From positions 192,001 through 256,000 of the forward strand of contig CBDCQT010000007.1 in NCBI GenBank assembly GCA_965220745.1: a stretch of 64,000 nt of DNA, read 5' to 3'. The notes under the pieces were generated by a model. That model was not told where the DNA came from. It made no database searches and worked only from the letters and a program-made list of their open reading frames with translations. The stretch's first letter is position 1; the number at the start of each line of letters is the position of its first letter. The translations under genes and the position numbers were made by a program. Shown piece by piece: positions 62,610 through 64,000 of the stretch. The stretch is from Alphaproteobacteria bacterium. Lineage in GTDB: Bacteria > Pseudomonadota > Alphaproteobacteria > UBA828.

Positions 62610-63452
62610 TCACTTGCGGCGGGGGGCGGGCGCGGCACCGTAGAGCGTAAGCCGCACCGCGCGCCACGCCGCCTCCAGCCCGCGACGTAGCGTGGCGCCG
62701 TCCCGCGCCAGCAGGCGCACGCCGATGCCGGCCTCGTTGGGGAGTGCCGAGGCGCCGCCGTAAAACGCATCCGTCGGGGCTAGGGCCGAGCGGAGCGCTG
62801 CCAGAATGGCTTCGCATTCAGGTCCGCGGTGGGCGACCACGAAGCTGCCTTGCGCAGGCCAGCGCGTAATCTGGCCGCGCCCCGCCGCCAGACGGTCGCC
62901 GGCCACGGCGTAGCGCTCCAGCGCGAGCAGCCGGCCGCCCTCGTCGCGGATCCGCATCTCCGCTCCAAAACTCTCGAAGCGGCGGTCCTCACCGCCCGGG
63001 TCGTGGTGGGCGAAGCTCTCGGACGCGATGACCGTGGCCCCTGCCGCAGCCTCGATCTCCAGCACTGAGGTCAGCCGTGCGCCGGGGAACATGATCAGCG
63101 GGTCCGGCAGGTATTCAAGTAGGGCGCCGCCTGCGGCCTCCAAAGCGACCGTCTGCTGCGCCGGCGCCGCCGGCATGCGGTGCACGATGGTCGCCGCCTG
63201 GGTGGTCACGTGGGCGGCGCTGCCGACACCTGCGGCGCAGGTCAAGACCAGGTCCTCGCCCTGGTAGATGCCGCCGGAGACCGACTGGAGATAGAGCGTC
63301 AGCGCCCCCGCCGGCACCTCGTCGAGATAGAACGGCCGGGTGATGTGAAAGGGATAACCGACGCGCTGGCGTGCGATATAGCTCCGCCCGTCGGGCGCGC
63401 GGGCGAAGCGGAGCGCCGCTTGCGGCCCCTCGTTGGGCCGGGCGGCCGGCAT
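62610..63452 (-). CDS. ureD: urease accessory protein UreD
   Basis: YPFHITRPF, QSVSGGIYQGE, VTTQAAT, LEYLPDPLI; directly after ureC. Confidence 0.88.
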   Translation of the reverse strand: MPAARPNEGPQAALRFARAPDGRSYIARQRVGYPFHITRPFYLDEVPAGALTLYLQSVSGGIYQGEDLVLTCAAGVGSAAHVTTQAATIVHRMPAAPAQQTVALEAAGGALLEYLPDPLIMFPGARLTSVLEIEAAAGATVIASESFAHHDPGGEDRRFESFGAEMRIRDEGGRLLALERYAVAGDRLAAGRGQITRWPAQGSFVVAHRGPECEAILAALRSALAPTDAFYGGASALPNEAGIGVRLLARDGATLRRGLEAAWRAVRLTLYGAAPAPRRK

Positions 63453-63476
63453 GGTGGCGGCAACCAAGAGACGGGC

Positions 63477-64000
63477 TCAGCGCAGCAGGTAGTTCTGGCC
63501 GAGGGTGATCGTGTCGATCGGCTCGCATGCCGCCAACGTGCCGTCGACGAAGACCTCGAAGGTCTGGGAGTCGACGCGGATGTCGGGGCAGGCGTCGTTG
63601 TGCAGCATGTCCTTCTTGGTGAGCTTGGTGAAGCTCCCGATCGGCAGAATCGGCTTGGCGAGCCCGAGCCGGCCCTGCACGTCGATGTCGAGCGCGCGCC
63701 GATGGGCGAAGTTGGCGCTCAGCGTCGCCGGCGCCCGCCCGTGATGGCCGAACTGCGGCCGCATGATCACCGGCTCGGTCTGGAAATAGCTGCCGGAGGG
63801 ATCGCCGCTCGCGCCCCACGCGACGAAGCCGCCCTTGATCACGCCGAAGGGCTTCATGCCGAAGAAGGCGGGCTTCCAGGTGACGAGGTCGGCCATCTTG
63901 CCCGGCTCCAGCGAGCCCACGTACTGATCGATGCCGAAGGCGATCGCCGGGTTGATGGTGTACTTCGCGATGTAGCGCTTGATGCGCTCGTTGTCCGCGT
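63477..64000 (-). CDS. ureC: urease subunit alpha, C-terminal part (gene starts beyond the window)
   Basis: From 63998: [52 protein letters not shown]. Confidence 0.92.
   Translation of the reverse strand, partial: ADNERIKRYIAKYTINPAIAFGIDQYVGSLEPGKMADLVTWKPAFFGMKPFGVIKGGFVAWGASGDPSGSYFQTEPVIMRPQFGHHGRAPATLSANFAHRRALDIDVQGRLGLAKPILPIGSFTKLTKKDMLHNDACPDIRVDSQTFEVFVDGTLAACEPIDTITLGQNYLLR

Overview
GC-rich alphaproteobacterial chromosome segment, judged by gene content and order (ccmI, cytochrome c/kdsB, dapF-mtaB-ftsY, yejABEF, nucleotidase-dapD-dapE, rsmB-rpe-heparinase-like); probably Rhodospirillales-like, which is an inference. It holds about 62 CDS, mostly housekeeping: tkt-gap-pgk-aldolase, DAP synthesis, an RND pump, nfi, AsmA, DegP with a two-component system, and the 3' end of a urease cluster. 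I saw no rRNA, tRNA, CRISPR array, transposase, integrase or prophage gene. Accessory content sits mainly at 2.8-16.8 kb (2OG-Fe(II) oxygenase, sugar-family ABC importer, intradiol dioxygenase, variant Amt plus a small membrane protein, DMT exporters, AcoX-like kinase), with one DUF433/PIN toxin-antitoxin pair at 22.6-23.2 kb. Best leads: (1) an Amt channel with a remodelled substrate site co-transcribed with an 85-aa membrane protein instead of GlnK; (2) a TAXI binding protein missing one whole lobe in frame; (3) a half-barrel relic of class II aldolase between pgk and a class I aldolase; (4) an ABC importer whose two ATPases carry complementary defects, flanked by two oxygenases; (5) tandem Cys-rich, signal-less DUF1499 genes between a sensor kinase and degP. 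All family calls come from motif recognition by eye with no database search, and several start codons are estimates.
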